NCBI GenBank assembly: GCA_963609805.1
Contig: CAVDLN010000002.1
Location: 1-57,228 of the forward strand
Length of the DNA: 57,228 bases
Reading direction: 5' to 3'
Origin: Erysipelotrichaceae bacterium
GTDB taxonomy: Bacteria; Bacillota; Clostridia; Oscillospirales; CAG-272
Positions 1 to 9,280 of the stretch are shown piece by piece. Position numbers and translations under genes: made by a program. Below the pieces are notes generated by a model, which worked only from the letters and a program-made list of their open reading frames with translations, was not told where the DNA came from and did no database searches. Position 1 is the stretch's first letter. The number at the start of each line of letters is the position of its first letter.

Positions 1-162
1 GTCGAATATCTTATGCGCAACAGGAAAAACACAATGACCCTGCTGGAAGGAGATGGTGATTTCAGCAGCCCTGAATGCACAGAGCTGCTGAAAGAAGCTG
101 ACATCGTAGTACAAACTGCAATGAACTGTGGCTGTATTTTCAGAATGTTATCAATTGGGTAA
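1..162 (+). pseudogene. 5'-truncated ORF fragment (frame 1, stop TAA 160-162), probably the upstream part of the DUF262/HNH gene but out of frame with it
   Basis: Frame 1 is open from base 1 to 162. The HNH reading frame (frame 3) is open only from 102 (TGA at 99-101). A frame change within about 102-160 would be needed to join them. Confidence 0.35.
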
Positions 163-194
163 AGGCTACCTTCCCGGCACTCCGCAAAAAGCTG

Positions 195-557
195 ATGTGC
201 GGGCTTGATTGGGGTATCTATTTCAACAAATACGGCACTGCGGCGCATGACCCAAAAGCATACGAAAAGCGCATTGTTGAGTTGATTGACGATGAGGACG
301 TGACCAATCAGAGGGGCATCTATGAATACCTGCTTGACGGCAACGAAAACCATCTGAGCATTCGCACGTTCACTCCTAAAATGGCGCGTACCGCATACGA
401 ACGGCAGAAAGGTATCTGCCCAAGATGCAAAAAACATTTTGAAATTGAGGGAATGCAGGCAGACCACATTACCCCATGGAGCAAGGGCGGCAAGACCGTC
501 TCCGAAAACTGCCAAATGCTTTGTGCGGATTGCAACCGCCGGAAAAGCAATGTCTGA
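195..557 (+). CDS. HNH nuclease domain protein, C-terminal region of a DUF262/GmrSD-like (type IV restriction-like) protein; likely a remnant
   Basis: HNH motif is present: CPRCKK...ADHITPWSKGGKTVSENCQMLCADCNRRK. The frame continues upstream without a stop to 102 (ELWLYFQNVINWVKATFPALRKK). There is no SD before ATG 195. The region looks AT-richer than the rest of the window. Confidence 0.7.
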   Translation: MCGLDWGIYFNKYGTAAHDPKAYEKRIVELIDDEDVTNQRGIYEYLLDGNENHLSIRTFTPKMARTAYERQKGICPRCKKHFEIEGMQADHITPWSKGGKTVSENCQMLCADCNRRKSNV

Positions 558-586
558 GAACACAAAAAATCATGTGAGGCATCAAA

Positions 587-787
587 ATGAAAAAATACGT
601 CGTCATTATAGAGGAAACGGTATCCGAGCAGTTTGCGGTGACCGCGGACAGCGAGGAGGATGCCGGGAAAATCGCACGCGAACGCTACAATAACACGGAG
701 TTTGTGCTGGAGCCCGGCAACCTAATCGGCAGGAAAATGGCAGTCCTTTCCCGCGACGGAGAGGCTGTCGTGTGGACGGAGTTCTGA
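587..787 (+). CDS. DpnD/PcfM-like small protein (66 aa)
   Basis: MKKYVVIIEETVSEQFAVTADSEEDAGKIARERYNNTEFVLEPGNL resembles the small DpnD/PcfM family found in restriction cassettes and conjugative elements. Followed by a terminator. Confidence 0.6.
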   Translation: MKKYVVIIEETVSEQFAVTADSEEDAGKIARERYNNTEFVLEPGNLIGRKMAVLSRDGEAVVWTEF

Positions 788-837
788 TACCGCAACGGAA
801 GCCGGCATCCTCTCCGAAATTTTCCGTTAACCCGCAG

Positions 838-871
838 AAAAAAGGTGAACCGTGCCCGGTTCACCTTTTTT
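838..871. terminator. bidirectional intrinsic terminator between the DpnD-like gene and aroF
   Basis: A-run 838-843, stem GGTGAACC (844-851) / GGTTCACC (858-865), T-run 866-871. Confidence 0.8.
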
Positions 872-916
872 CATATCAAAATTTGAAGAGGCCCTGCGGG
901 GGTTCCGATTCCCCGC

Positions 917-1945
917 TCACAGCATCTCCGCGATATCGTATATCAGCCGTTCGGTTTTCTCCCAGCCGAGGCAGGGGTCGGTAATCGACTGGCCGAATAC
1001 CCCGCCGTCGGTCTTCTGGTTTCCGTCCACGAGGTAGCTCTCGATCATCAGGCCCTTGCAGAGGCGGCGGATGTCGGCGTTCTCCCGCATGGAGGTCAGC
1101 ACGTCGTGGGCTATGCGGATCTGCTCCTCATAGTGCTTGCCGGAGTTGGCGTGGTTGGTGTCGATGATGACGGCGGGATTCTCCAGCCCGGACTTTGCGT
1201 ACCGCTCGTTCAGACTGACCAGATCCTCATAGTGGTAGTTGGAGACCGTCTTGCCGTCCGTCGTCTGGTACCCCCGCAGGATGGCGTGCGCCAGCGGATT
1301 GCCGGTGCTCTCCACCTCCCAGCCGCGGTAGATGAAGGTGTGCGGATGGTGCGCCGCCGTGATGGCGTTCATCATGACCGATATGTCGCCGCCCGTCGGG
1401 TTTTTCAGCCCGACCGGGATATCCAGTCCGCTCGCCGTCAGGCGGTGCTGCTGGTTCTCCACGCTCCGCGCCCCCACGGCGACGTAGGAGAGCAGGTCGG
1501 AGAGGTAGCGGTGGTTGTCCGGGTACAGCATCTCGTCCGCGCTGGACATGCCGTAGTCCCGCAGCGCGCTCATGTGCAGCTGGCGGATGGCGATGATGCC
1601 GCGCATCATGTCGGGATGCCCGTTCGGGTCCGGCTGGTGCAGCATGCCCTTGTAGCCGTCGCCCGTCGTGCGGGGCTTGTTGGTGTAAATGCGCGGCACG
1701 ATGAGGATTTTATCCTGCACCTTGTCCGCCACGCGGCGCAGCCGTCCGATGTACTCCAGCACGGGCTCGCTCTTGTCCGCCGAGCACGGCCCTATGACCA
1801 GCAGGAATCTGTCGCTTTTCCCGGTGAAAATATCCCGTATTTCCGCGTCCCGCTGCTTCTTGACCGCCGCCATCTCCGGCGTGACCGGATACCACGCCTT
1901 CGTCTCCTGCGGAATCGGCAGCTTGCGGTAAAATTTCATGTTCAT
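917..1945 (-). CDS. aroF: 3-deoxy-7-phosphoheptulonate (DAHP) synthase, class I (AroF/G/H type)
   Basis: 342 aa. Contains LLVIGPCS...PRIYTNKPRTTGDGYKGML...HANSGK, typical of class I DAHP synthases. Last gene of the aromatic operon. Confidence 0.9.
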   Translation of the reverse strand: MNMKFYRKLPIPQETKAWYPVTPEMAAVKKQRDAEIRDIFTGKSDRFLLVIGPCSADKSEPVLEYIGRLRRVADKVQDKILIVPRIYTNKPRTTGDGYKGMLHQPDPNGHPDMMRGIIAIRQLHMSALRDYGMSSADEMLYPDNHRYLSDLLSYVAVGARSVENQQHRLTASGLDIPVGLKNPTGGDISVMMNAITAAHHPHTFIYRGWEVESTGNPLAHAILRGYQTTDGKTVSNYHYEDLVSLNERYAKSGLENPAVIIDTNHANSGKHYEEQIRIAHDVLTSMRENADIRRLCKGLMIESYLVDGNQKTDGGVFGQSITDPCLGWEKTERLIYDIAEML

Positions 1946-1955
1946 GGCTATACCC

Positions 1956-2876
1956 TCACTTTTCGTTGCATTGGTTTATTTTTGTCCGAACGGTCCCGGA
2001 CGGCTTGTCGAATTTCTCGCGCCGCTCGCCGGAGAGGCGCATCATGGCGCGCATGGTCTCCCTGTCCCCTTCCGCCAGCGCGGTGCGCAGCCTGTCAAAT
2101 ACCGCGCCGAACCTGTCCATCTCGCCCAGCAGCGCCTCCCGGTTGCACAGGAACAGCTCGCTCCACATTTCGTCGTTGATTCTGGCAATCCGCGTCAGGT
2201 CGCGGAAGGAATCGCCGGTAAAGGCCTCCAGCCCCGGCTGATCGTTGGCGCACATCAGCGCCACGGCAATGCAGTGCGTCAGCTGCGAGAGGAAAGCAAT
2301 CATGCGGTCATGCTCCGCGGCGGACAGCCGGCTGATGCGGTGAAAGCCCAGCAGCTCCCCCAGCTGCACGCACAGCGCGATCGCCTCCGGCGTGTTCCGC
2401 TCAGTCGGCACCACGATGTAGTTGGCGCCGTGGAACACGCTGTCGTCGCTGTGCTCGACACCGCTCCGCTCCCTGCCCGCCATCGGGTGCGCCGCGATGA
2501 ATTCCACCCCGTCCGGCATCAGATCCTGCATCCTGTCCACAATGCAGCCCTTCACGCCGGTGACATCCGTAACCAGCGTACCCGGCGAAAAGAGATGCCC
2601 GTTCTCCTCCGTCCATTCCAGCAGCGTATGCGGGTACAGGGCAAGCACCACGAGATCCGCCCGGGCGAACAGTCCGGGGTCCGCCTCCGTGCTGCCCCCG
2701 GCAAGGAATCCCTCCCGCACGGCATAGTCGATATCCTCCTGCCGCTTTGTTACGGCCCACACCGAAAAGCCCTGCTTTGTCAGCGCCTTTGCGTAGCTGC
2801 CGCCGATAAGTCCCAGCCCCACGATCAGCACACGCGCGCTGCTGTCCAGCCGCTCAAGTCTGAGTTTTTCTCCCAT
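1956..2876 (-). CDS. tyrA: prephenate dehydrogenase
   Basis: N-terminal Rossmann VLIVGLGLIGGSYAKAL, AHPMAG motif, C-terminal helical domain. Confidence 0.9.
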   Translation of the reverse strand: MGEKLRLERLDSSARVLIVGLGLIGGSYAKALTKQGFSVWAVTKRQEDIDYAVREGFLAGGSTEADPGLFARADLVVLALYPHTLLEWTEENGHLFSPGTLVTDVTGVKGCIVDRMQDLMPDGVEFIAAHPMAGRERSGVEHSDDSVFHGANYIVVPTERNTPEAIALCVQLGELLGFHRISRLSAAEHDRMIAFLSQLTHCIAVALMCANDQPGLEAFTGDSFRDLTRIARINDEMWSELFLCNREALLGEMDRFGAVFDRLRTALAEGDRETMRAMMRLSGERREKFDKPSGTVRTKINQCNEK

Positions 2877-2883
2877 TCCGTCC

Positions 2884-4128
2884 CTATGCCTCCTCCCCGG
2901 TGCGCACCGTTATTCCGAGAGATCCCAGCGCGTCAAAAAATTCCGGCATGCTTTTGGCGACGCATTCCGCACCGTCGATGCTGCCCCCCGTGCGGCACAG
3001 CAGCACCGCCAGCGACATGGCGACCCGATGGTCGTTGTGCGCGCACAGCACCCCGTCCGGCGCGTGCACGCCGCCCGGCTCCACCGTGATTTCGTTCTCC
3101 CCGACCGCTATGCGCACGCCGCAGCGCCGCAGTTCCTCCGCCATCGCCTCGCCGCGATCGCTCTCCTTGAGCCGCAGGCGGGCCGTGTCGCACAGCGTGC
3201 CGCCGTGATGCAGCGCCGCCACGACAAGCAGTATCGGCGCAAGATCCGGGCAGTCCGCCACCGACAGGCGGCACCGCTCCCGGCACAGCCTGTCCATATA
3301 CGCTCCGTACACACGGTCGCCCTGCGCCCCGTCGTCCGTATACCCCGTCATGGTTATGCTGCCGCCGAACGTCCGCATGGCGCCGAAGAAGGCGGCGGCG
3401 GACTGATCCGTCGGCACGCACAGCGCCGCCGCGGGCGCGTGTCCCGTCTGCCCGCCGGGGATGCCGTACTCCCGCCTGTCGGCGCCGTCGGCGCGGATCT
3501 CATACCCGAACAGGCGCAGCGCGTCCAGCGTCAGCCCGATGTAGGACGCGCTCTCCACCCGCCCCGTCAGCCGCAGGGTGCTGTCCCCTCTCAGGTGCGG
3601 CAGGGCAAACAGCAGACCCGACACAAACTGGCTGCTGATATTGCCGGGGAAGGAGAAGGTGCCGGGCCGCAGTCCGCCCCCCACCGTAACGCTTGTCTCC
3701 GTCCTCTCAAAGAGTATGCCCTGCCCGCGGCATATGTCCTCATACACGGACAGAGGCCGCGCGAACAGACGCCGCGCCCCCGTAAAGGTCACGCGGGATT
3801 CCGCTCCCCGCAGCAGGGCAAGCGGCAGCAGCAGCCGCAGGGTCGTTCCGCTCTCCCCGCAGTCGGCATGCGGCGCATCCGCCGGCACGGGGAAATCCGC
3901 CGGGGCGCATCCCCGCACCAGCGCGTCGGATCCCTCCTGCCGGATTTCCGCACCCATAGCCCGCAGGCAGCGCATCGTCGCGCGGATATCCGCGTTGTCC
4001 GGCAGTCCCCGCAGGCGCGTCTCGCCCGGGGTGACGGCAGCCGCCGTCAGGTACCGGTGCGCCACGCTCTTGGAAGCCGGCACGCACACCTCGCCCTGCG
4101 GAATGCCCGGAAGGATCGTCACGCGCAT
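2884..4128 (-). CDS. aroA: 3-phosphoshikimate 1-carboxyvinyltransferase (EPSP synthase)
   Basis: 414 aa. Contains VPASKSVAHR, LPDNADIRATM, HNDHRVAMSLAV. Its start overlaps the aroQ stop. Confidence 0.92.
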   Translation of the reverse strand: MRVTILPGIPQGEVCVPASKSVAHRYLTAAAVTPGETRLRGLPDNADIRATMRCLRAMGAEIRQEGSDALVRGCAPADFPVPADAPHADCGESGTTLRLLLPLALLRGAESRVTFTGARRLFARPLSVYEDICRGQGILFERTETSVTVGGGLRPGTFSFPGNISSQFVSGLLFALPHLRGDSTLRLTGRVESASYIGLTLDALRLFGYEIRADGADRREYGIPGGQTGHAPAAALCVPTDQSAAAFFGAMRTFGGSITMTGYTDDGAQGDRVYGAYMDRLCRERCRLSVADCPDLAPILLVVAALHHGGTLCDTARLRLKESDRGEAMAEELRRCGVRIAVGENEITVEPGGVHAPDGVLCAHNDHRVAMSLAVLLCRTGGSIDGAECVAKSMPEFFDALGSLGITVRTGEEA

Positions 4129-4613
4129 GGCGTTCCCTCCCCGCGCGCCAGCAGAAGATCCACCGCCTCGCAGTATCCCGCGAATCCGTGCCCCTTGATG
4201 CAGGCGACGCAGGCGGCGCGCACATAGCTGACGCGGCGGAATTCCTCCCTGGTATCCACATCCGATATATGCACCTCCACGGTCGGAATGCCGACCGCCT
4301 TGAGCGCGTCCAGCAGGGCGACCGACGTGTGGGTGTAGGCGGCGGGATTCAGCACGATCCCGTCATACACCCCCAGCGCGTCCTGTATGGCGTCCACCAG
4401 CGCGCCCTCGTGGTTGGACTGGAAAAACGCGATTTCAATCCCCCTCCGCTCTGCGTGCTCCCGCAGCATATCGCACAGCGACCGATAGGTCTGCGTCCCG
4501 TATATCTGCGGCTCGCGAACGCCCAGAAGATTCAGATTCGGCCCGTTGATGACCAGTATCCGGCGGACAGCCGCCTGTTTTGCATCCGTATGCTTTTCCG
4601 TATCTGTACTCAC
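4119..4613 (-). CDS. aroQ: type II 3-dehydroquinate dehydratase
   Basis: RILVINGPNLNLLGVREPQIYG...FQSNHEGALVD...NPAAYTHTSVA...HISD. The tracked ORF (to 5312) is over-extended. GTG at 4613 overlaps the upstream stop (GTGA) and has AGGAG about 9 nt upstream. Confidence 0.88.
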   Translation of the reverse strand: MSTDTEKHTDAKQAAVRRILVINGPNLNLLGVREPQIYGTQTYRSLCDMLREHAERRGIEIAFFQSNHEGALVDAIQDALGVYDGIVLNPAAYTHTSVALLDALKAVGIPTVEVHISDVDTREEFRRVSYVRAACVACIKGHGFAGYCEAVDLLLARGEGTPCA

Positions 4614-5890
4614 AGCAGATTTCTCCTTTCCTCCCGCTGCGCCGCAGCCGCCGAAAGCAGGCGGCCGGCACATTCCTTCGGACTGCCGTACACGGGGAAA
4701 ATCAGGTCGGCGGACTCCCGGTAGAGTGCCTCCCGCTCCCGGAACACCCGCTCCAGTGCCGCGCGGTCGCGCGTCAGCGGACGGCTGTCGGACGGCTCGA
4801 TGCTGTCCAGCGGCCTGTCCAGATAGACAAGACAGCCGTTGCGGCGCAGCGCCTTCACGTTCTCCTGCCGCGTGACGGCGCCGCCGCCCGTGGCGATGAT
4901 GCAGCCGGTTCCCGCCGCAAGCTCCCGCAGGACTGCCGTCTCCTCCCGCCGGAAGGCATCCTCCCCGTGCGCGGTGATATACGCGCCCGCCGGCATGCCG
5001 ACACGGGCGGCAAGCAGGGTATCGCTGTCGAAGAAGGGTTTTCCCGTCCGTGCCGCCAGCTGCCTGCCGAGCGTGCTTTTTCCGCTGCCCGGCATGCCGA
5101 CCAGCACGATGTTCTCCTTGCTGTCCCGCACGGAGGCAAAGACCTCCTCCGTCCGTTCGGTCAGGTCCGGCCGATCCAGAAACAGCGCCGCCGCGCAGGC
5201 CGCCTGCGCAACCAGCATATAGAGACCGCCCGCCGCGGGAATGCCGCGCTCCCTCGCCCGCCCGACAAAATCCGTCCGCAGCGGATGGTACACGGCGTCC
5301 GCCGCCCCGCACAGCCGCGGGAATCCGGCAGGGTCCGCGGGCAGTTCCCCGTCATGCGGGAACATGCCGACCGGCGTTGTGTTGACCAGAATCTCCACGT
5401 CCTCCCGCCGCCGGTTCAGCTCGTCATACCCGATGACGTCCTCTCCCTCCGGTCTGCGGGATACGCGGACGACCGATGCCGCCCCCTCCGCCCGCAGTAC
5501 GGCGCAGGCCGTTGAGGAGGTGCCCCCGGTCCCCAGCACCGCCGCATGTTTCCCCTTTGCGTCGATGCCGGCGCGGCGCAGCAGCATCCGCATGCCGTAG
5601 AAATCCGTATTGTAGCCGATCAGCTTTCCGTCCCGGCACAGAATCGTGTTGACCGCCCCGATGGCGCGCGCCGCGTCGTCAATCGCATCCAGATACGGGA
5701 TAACCGTCCGTTTGTAGGGAATGGTTACATTGATGCCGCTGAACGCGCGTGCCCGCAGGAAATCGCCGACCTCCTCCGGCCGCAGCTCACAGAGCCTGTA
5801 ATCGTATGTTCCCAGCATGGCGTGAATCTCCGCCGAGAAGCTGTGCCCGAGATGCTCCCCGATACAGCCGTATTCCTTGATGGTGTTCAT
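4610..5890 (-). CDS. aroE: fused shikimate dehydrogenase (N-terminal) / shikimate kinase (C-terminal)
   Basis: N-terminal half has AroE features (SFSAEIHN-like, GAVNT, LGTGGTS). C-terminal half has the shikimate kinase P-loop NIVLVGMPGSGKSTLGRQLA. One uninterrupted 426-aa frame. Confidence 0.88.
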   Translation of the reverse strand: MNTIKEYGCIGEHLGHSFSAEIHAMLGTYDYRLCELRPEEVGDFLRARAFSGINVTIPYKRTVIPYLDAIDDAARAIGAVNTILCRDGKLIGYNTDFYGMRMLLRRAGIDAKGKHAAVLGTGGTSSTACAVLRAEGAASVVRVSRRPEGEDVIGYDELNRRREDVEILVNTTPVGMFPHDGELPADPAGFPRLCGAADAVYHPLRTDFVGRARERGIPAAGGLYMLVAQAACAAALFLDRPDLTERTEEVFASVRDSKENIVLVGMPGSGKSTLGRQLAARTGKPFFDSDTLLAARVGMPAGAYITAHGEDAFRREETAVLRELAAGTGCIIATGGGAVTRQENVKALRRNGCLVYLDRPLDSIEPSDSRPLTRDRAALERVFREREALYRESADLIFPVYGSPKECAGRLLSAAAAQREERRNLL

Positions 5891-5899
5891 GCCTGCCTC

Positions 5900-7009
5900 C
5901 TATACCCGCAGCGCGTCGTCGCCGAAGCGCATCAGCAGAAGATCCGCCACGGTCAGCGCCGTCACCGCGTCGATGACGGGGCAGGCGCGCGGCGCTATGC
6001 AGGGATCATGCCTGCCGCGCACACGCAGCGTCACGTTCTCACCGCGGATAAAATCCACGCTGTCCTGCGGCAGCGCAATGGACGGGGTCGGCTTGACGGC
6101 GCAGCGGAACAGAACCGGCATTCCGTTCGTGATGCCGCCGCCGATGCCGCCGCCGCGGTTTCCCGCCGTGACAACCGCGCCGTCCGCCGAAATCCTGTAG
6201 GGGTCGTTGGACATGCTCCCGCGCATGCCCGCCAGCGAAAAGCCGTCGCCGAACTCCACGCCCTTGACGGCGGGAACCGAGAACAGTCCGTGCGCCAGCA
6301 TGCCCTCCGCCGTATCAAACCACGGCTCACCCAGCCCGGCGCAGAGCCCGGTTACGGCGGTTTCCGTCACACCGCCGACGCTGTCCCCGTCCGCGCGGGC
6401 GTCGAGAATGGCCTGCCGCATCCGCTCCCCCGCCTCCCCGTCAAGCACGGGAAAACCGGGTTCGTGCAGGCTGTCCAGCACCCCGTCGGAAACGGTTCCG
6501 TCCGCCTGCTGAAACGGCGCGTCCTTCACGCCCGCGCAGACGGCCAGATGTGTCCCGATCCGGATGCCCTTCCCACGCAGGGCGCCGCCGACGACAGCCC
6601 CGGCCGCGACCAGCGCCGCCGTGATTCTTCCGCTGAAGTGTCCGCCCCCGCGGTAGTCGGAAAAACCGTGGTACTTGCTGTAGGCGGGGTAGTCGCTGTG
6701 ACCGGGACGGGCGCAGCTGCGCATCTCGTCGTAGTCCCCGCTGTGCTGCTCCGCGTTGGGAATCCGTATGCAGAGCGGCGTCCCGGTGGTATACCCGTTG
6801 AACACGCCGCTTTCTATGACAAAGGGGTCTGCCTCCGCCCTTGCCGTCGCCGTCGGCCCCTGCGGGCGGCGGCGGGTCAGCTCCTTCGCAATACGCTCCC
6901 CGTCCACCGGGATGCCGGGCGTCAGGCCGTCCAGCACGGCGCCGATGCCGCTGCCGTGGCTCTCGCCGTACAGTGTCAGGGTCAGTGCGTTTCCGTATAT
7001 GTTTTTCAT
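5900..7009 (-). CDS. aroC: chorismate synthase
   Basis: GESHG near the N-terminus, RPGHSD, SGRITA, GGISNG-like GGGITNG. ATGA overlap with the aroB stop. Confidence 0.93.
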   Translation of the reverse strand: MKNIYGNALTLTLYGESHGSGIGAVLDGLTPGIPVDGERIAKELTRRRPQGPTATARAEADPFVIESGVFNGYTTGTPLCIRIPNAEQHSGDYDEMRSCARPGHSDYPAYSKYHGFSDYRGGGHFSGRITAALVAAGAVVGGALRGKGIRIGTHLAVCAGVKDAPFQQADGTVSDGVLDSLHEPGFPVLDGEAGERMRQAILDARADGDSVGGVTETAVTGLCAGLGEPWFDTAEGMLAHGLFSVPAVKGVEFGDGFSLAGMRGSMSNDPYRISADGAVVTAGNRGGGIGGGITNGMPVLFRCAVKPTPSIALPQDSVDFIRGENVTLRVRGRHDPCIAPRACPVIDAVTALTVADLLLMRFGDDALRV

Positions 7010-8031
7010 CGGAATGAAATTACCTCCCCGCAGGATTCCGTAATGGCATCAAGGCTTTCCTTCTGCAGCGAAAACCGCCCGATCTCCGGTACGCGGACCG
7101 TGGTGATGCCGTCCGCCGCGGCTTTCTTGTCGTGCGCCAGTGCCGCGCGGAACTCATTCTTCCCGCAGCGGAAGGCGGTCGGCAGATCATAGCGGTGCAG
7201 CAGCCGCAGAATGCGTCCGCGCACCTCCCCCTCCGTCAGGGCAAGCATGCCGATGCCGACGCACTCGCCGTGCAGCAGGGGGTACGGCTGCTCCGCGCCG
7301 ACGCTCTCCACGGCGTGCCCGACGGTGTGGCCGAAATTCAGCACGCGGCGCAGGCCGCCCTCCCGCTCGTCCGCCTCGACAACCGCCATCTTGATGCGCA
7401 GCGCCGCGCAGATCAGCTCCTCCGGCGGGATTCTGTCCCCCCCGTTCTCCAGACGCGCGAACATGGCGGCGTCCGATGTGGCGAACATTTTGATGATTTC
7501 CGCCATACCGCAGGCGTACTGCCGCGCGTCCAGCGTCAAAAGCACCTGCGGATCCGCCGCAACCGCCCGCGGCTGATAGAAAGTCCCGATGATGTTCTTG
7601 TACCCGCCGAAATCCACGGCGACCTTTCCCCCGACGGAGGAATCCACCATGGCAAGCAGCGTTGTCGGCAGATTGTAGAAATCAATCCCCCGCATATAGG
7701 TTGCCGCGACCATTCCGCCCAGATCCCCGATCACGCCGCCGCCGACCGCAACCACCGCGTCCCCGCGGTCAAAGTCCGCGTCCAGCATGGTTTTGAGAAC
7801 CGACAGCCATGTCTCCGGGCACTTGTTGTGCTCACCGGGCTCCAGCGTGACGATATGCGGCTCCGCGCACGCGGCCGCCACCGTCTGCGCGTAGGCGGCA
7901 GGCACGCCGCTGTCGGTCAGAATCAGGACACGGCGGCGGAGGGAAAACAGTTCCCCGACCCGCTCCAGCGCGCCGCTCTCCACCGTAATCGGGTAGCTGT
8001 CACTGCCCAGATGCATGGTAAGTGTGCTCAT
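7006..8031 (-). CDS. aroB: 3-dehydroquinate synthase
   Basis: GGGVIGDLGG, DSSVGGKVAVD, LNFGHTVGHA. Start taken at internal ATG 8031, which overlaps the pheA stop (ATGA). The longer tracked ORF start (8100) lies inside pheA. Confidence 0.88.
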   Translation of the reverse strand: MSTLTMHLGSDSYPITVESGALERVGELFSLRRRVLILTDSGVPAAYAQTVAAACAEPHIVTLEPGEHNKCPETWLSVLKTMLDADFDRGDAVVAVGGGVIGDLGGMVAATYMRGIDFYNLPTTLLAMVDSSVGGKVAVDFGGYKNIIGTFYQPRAVAADPQVLLTLDARQYACGMAEIIKMFATSDAAMFARLENGGDRIPPEELICAALRIKMAVVEADEREGGLRRVLNFGHTVGHAVESVGAEQPYPLLHGECVGIGMLALTEGEVRGRILRLLHRYDLPTAFRCGKNEFRAALAHDKKAAADGITTVRVPEIGRFSLQKESLDAITESCGEVISFR

Positions 8032-9179
8032 TCCCCGTCCTCCGTTCTGTTCAGTACCCGCTCCCCGGCAAAGCTGCCCAGCACGCGCACGCTGTTGCAT
8101 ATGCCGCTCAGCTCACGCAGCATGGCGGCGCCCGCCTCGGTTCCGAGATTGCCTTCCCCCTCGGCATAGAAGTAGTACGCCCAGTTTTCCACGCCCGTCG
8201 GGTGGCTCTTCAGGCATTTCAGGTTGTAGTCATGCCGACTGATGACGGATATGGCGTCCCCCAGAGAACCGGGGCGGTTGCTGCAGCTGAAAAGCAGGAC
8301 GAAATGCCCGTCGGACGGCTTGATTTCGCAGGCTGCCGGCGTAAAGACCGCGAACCGCGTGGTGTTGGTTTTCTGCTCGTTGATGTCGTTCTCCAGCACC
8401 TGCAGTCCGTACAGATCCGCCGTCTCCCGCGACGCAATGACGGCGACCTCCCGCCGCTCCCCGGCGGCAAGGTCACGGGCGGCGACCGCCGTATTGACGG
8501 CCGTTGTCTGTATCCATCCGCGCCTGCGCAGGAACGGCTGACACTGCGCCAGTGCCTGCGGGTGGCTGACGACCTCCCGGATTTCCGCCATCGCCACGCC
8601 CGGCTTTGCAAGCAGGCACTGGGACAGCGGCAGATCGTAAATGCCGCTGATGCTCAGCGAACCGCGCCACGCAAGATCCATAACCTGTCCGACGTCTCCG
8701 GCATAGCTGTTCTCAATCGGCAGGACGGCGCAGTGGCAGGCACCGCTCTCCACGCTCCGGTACGCGGTCGTGAAATCGGGGCAGGAAATCTTCTCTCCCG
8801 ACTTTCCGAAAATCCGCAGCGTCGCCACATGGGCGAACGCGCCCTCCACGCCGCTGTACGCGACCCGCTGTCCCCCGATCAGCAGCCGCTGATAGCGTTT
8901 GGATTCGGTGATTGCGCTTACCAGAAAGTTCTTGTAATAGGGGCGGTACGCGGGCGGCAGACGGTCCGTGTTGCGCGCGATCATCTCCTTCTCCCGCACA
9001 AGGTCCTCCACCGGCAGTCCGTGCTCCTCCTTGTAGGCGGCAACCACGGCCGCCGCCTGCATCCGCTGCGCGAACAGCTCCGCCATTTCCCTGTCTATGC
9101 GGTCTATGTCCCGCCGCGCTGCCGTGATATCGGATTCCGTCTCCTCCGCCGTGCCGGTTTTCTCTGCCGTTTCGTTCAT
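8028..9179 (-). CDS. pheA: bifunctional chorismate mutase / prephenate dehydratase (P-protein)
   Basis: N-terminal chorismate-mutase helix (RRDIDRIDREMAELFAQRM), PDT domain (VAYSGVEGAFAH...NTTRF), C-terminal ACT-like region. First gene of the operon. Confidence 0.9.
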   Translation of the reverse strand: MNETAEKTGTAEETESDITAARRDIDRIDREMAELFAQRMQAAAVVAAYKEEHGLPVEDLVREKEMIARNTDRLPPAYRPYYKNFLVSAITESKRYQRLLIGGQRVAYSGVEGAFAHVATLRIFGKSGEKISCPDFTTAYRSVESGACHCAVLPIENSYAGDVGQVMDLAWRGSLSISGIYDLPLSQCLLAKPGVAMAEIREVVSHPQALAQCQPFLRRRGWIQTTAVNTAVAARDLAAGERREVAVIASRETADLYGLQVLENDINEQKTNTTRFAVFTPAACEIKPSDGHFVLLFSCSNRPGSLGDAISVISRHDYNLKCLKSHPTGVENWAYYFYAEGEGNLGTEAGAAMLRELSGICNSVRVLGSFAGERVLNRTEDGE

Positions 9180-9226
9180 TTCCGTGTCCTCTTTCTTTCA
9201 TTTTCGTCCATGTTCGTCCGCCCCGC

Positions 9227-9280
9227 AAACAAAAAGGAAAGCCCGCGCGGATCCTTTCGGGATTTCCATGCGGGCTTTCC
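9227..9280 (-). terminator. intrinsic terminator inside the pheA leader (attenuator terminator)
   Basis: Minus-strand RNA GGAAAGCCCGC (9280-9270) ... GCGGGCUUUCC (9246-9236), followed by UUUUUGUUU (9235-9227). An inner extension GGAAAUCC/GGAUCC is also possible. Ends 47 nt before the pheA ATG. Confidence 0.8.

Noticed and set aside
4614-5312. Long N-terminal extension of the aroQ ORF (tracked as 4119..5312)
   Set aside because: The extension overlaps the aroE::aroK gene in another frame and is Gly/Arg/Ala-rich. GTG 4613, with an AGGAG SD and a GTGA overlap, gives a normal-length 164-aa type II dehydroquinase.
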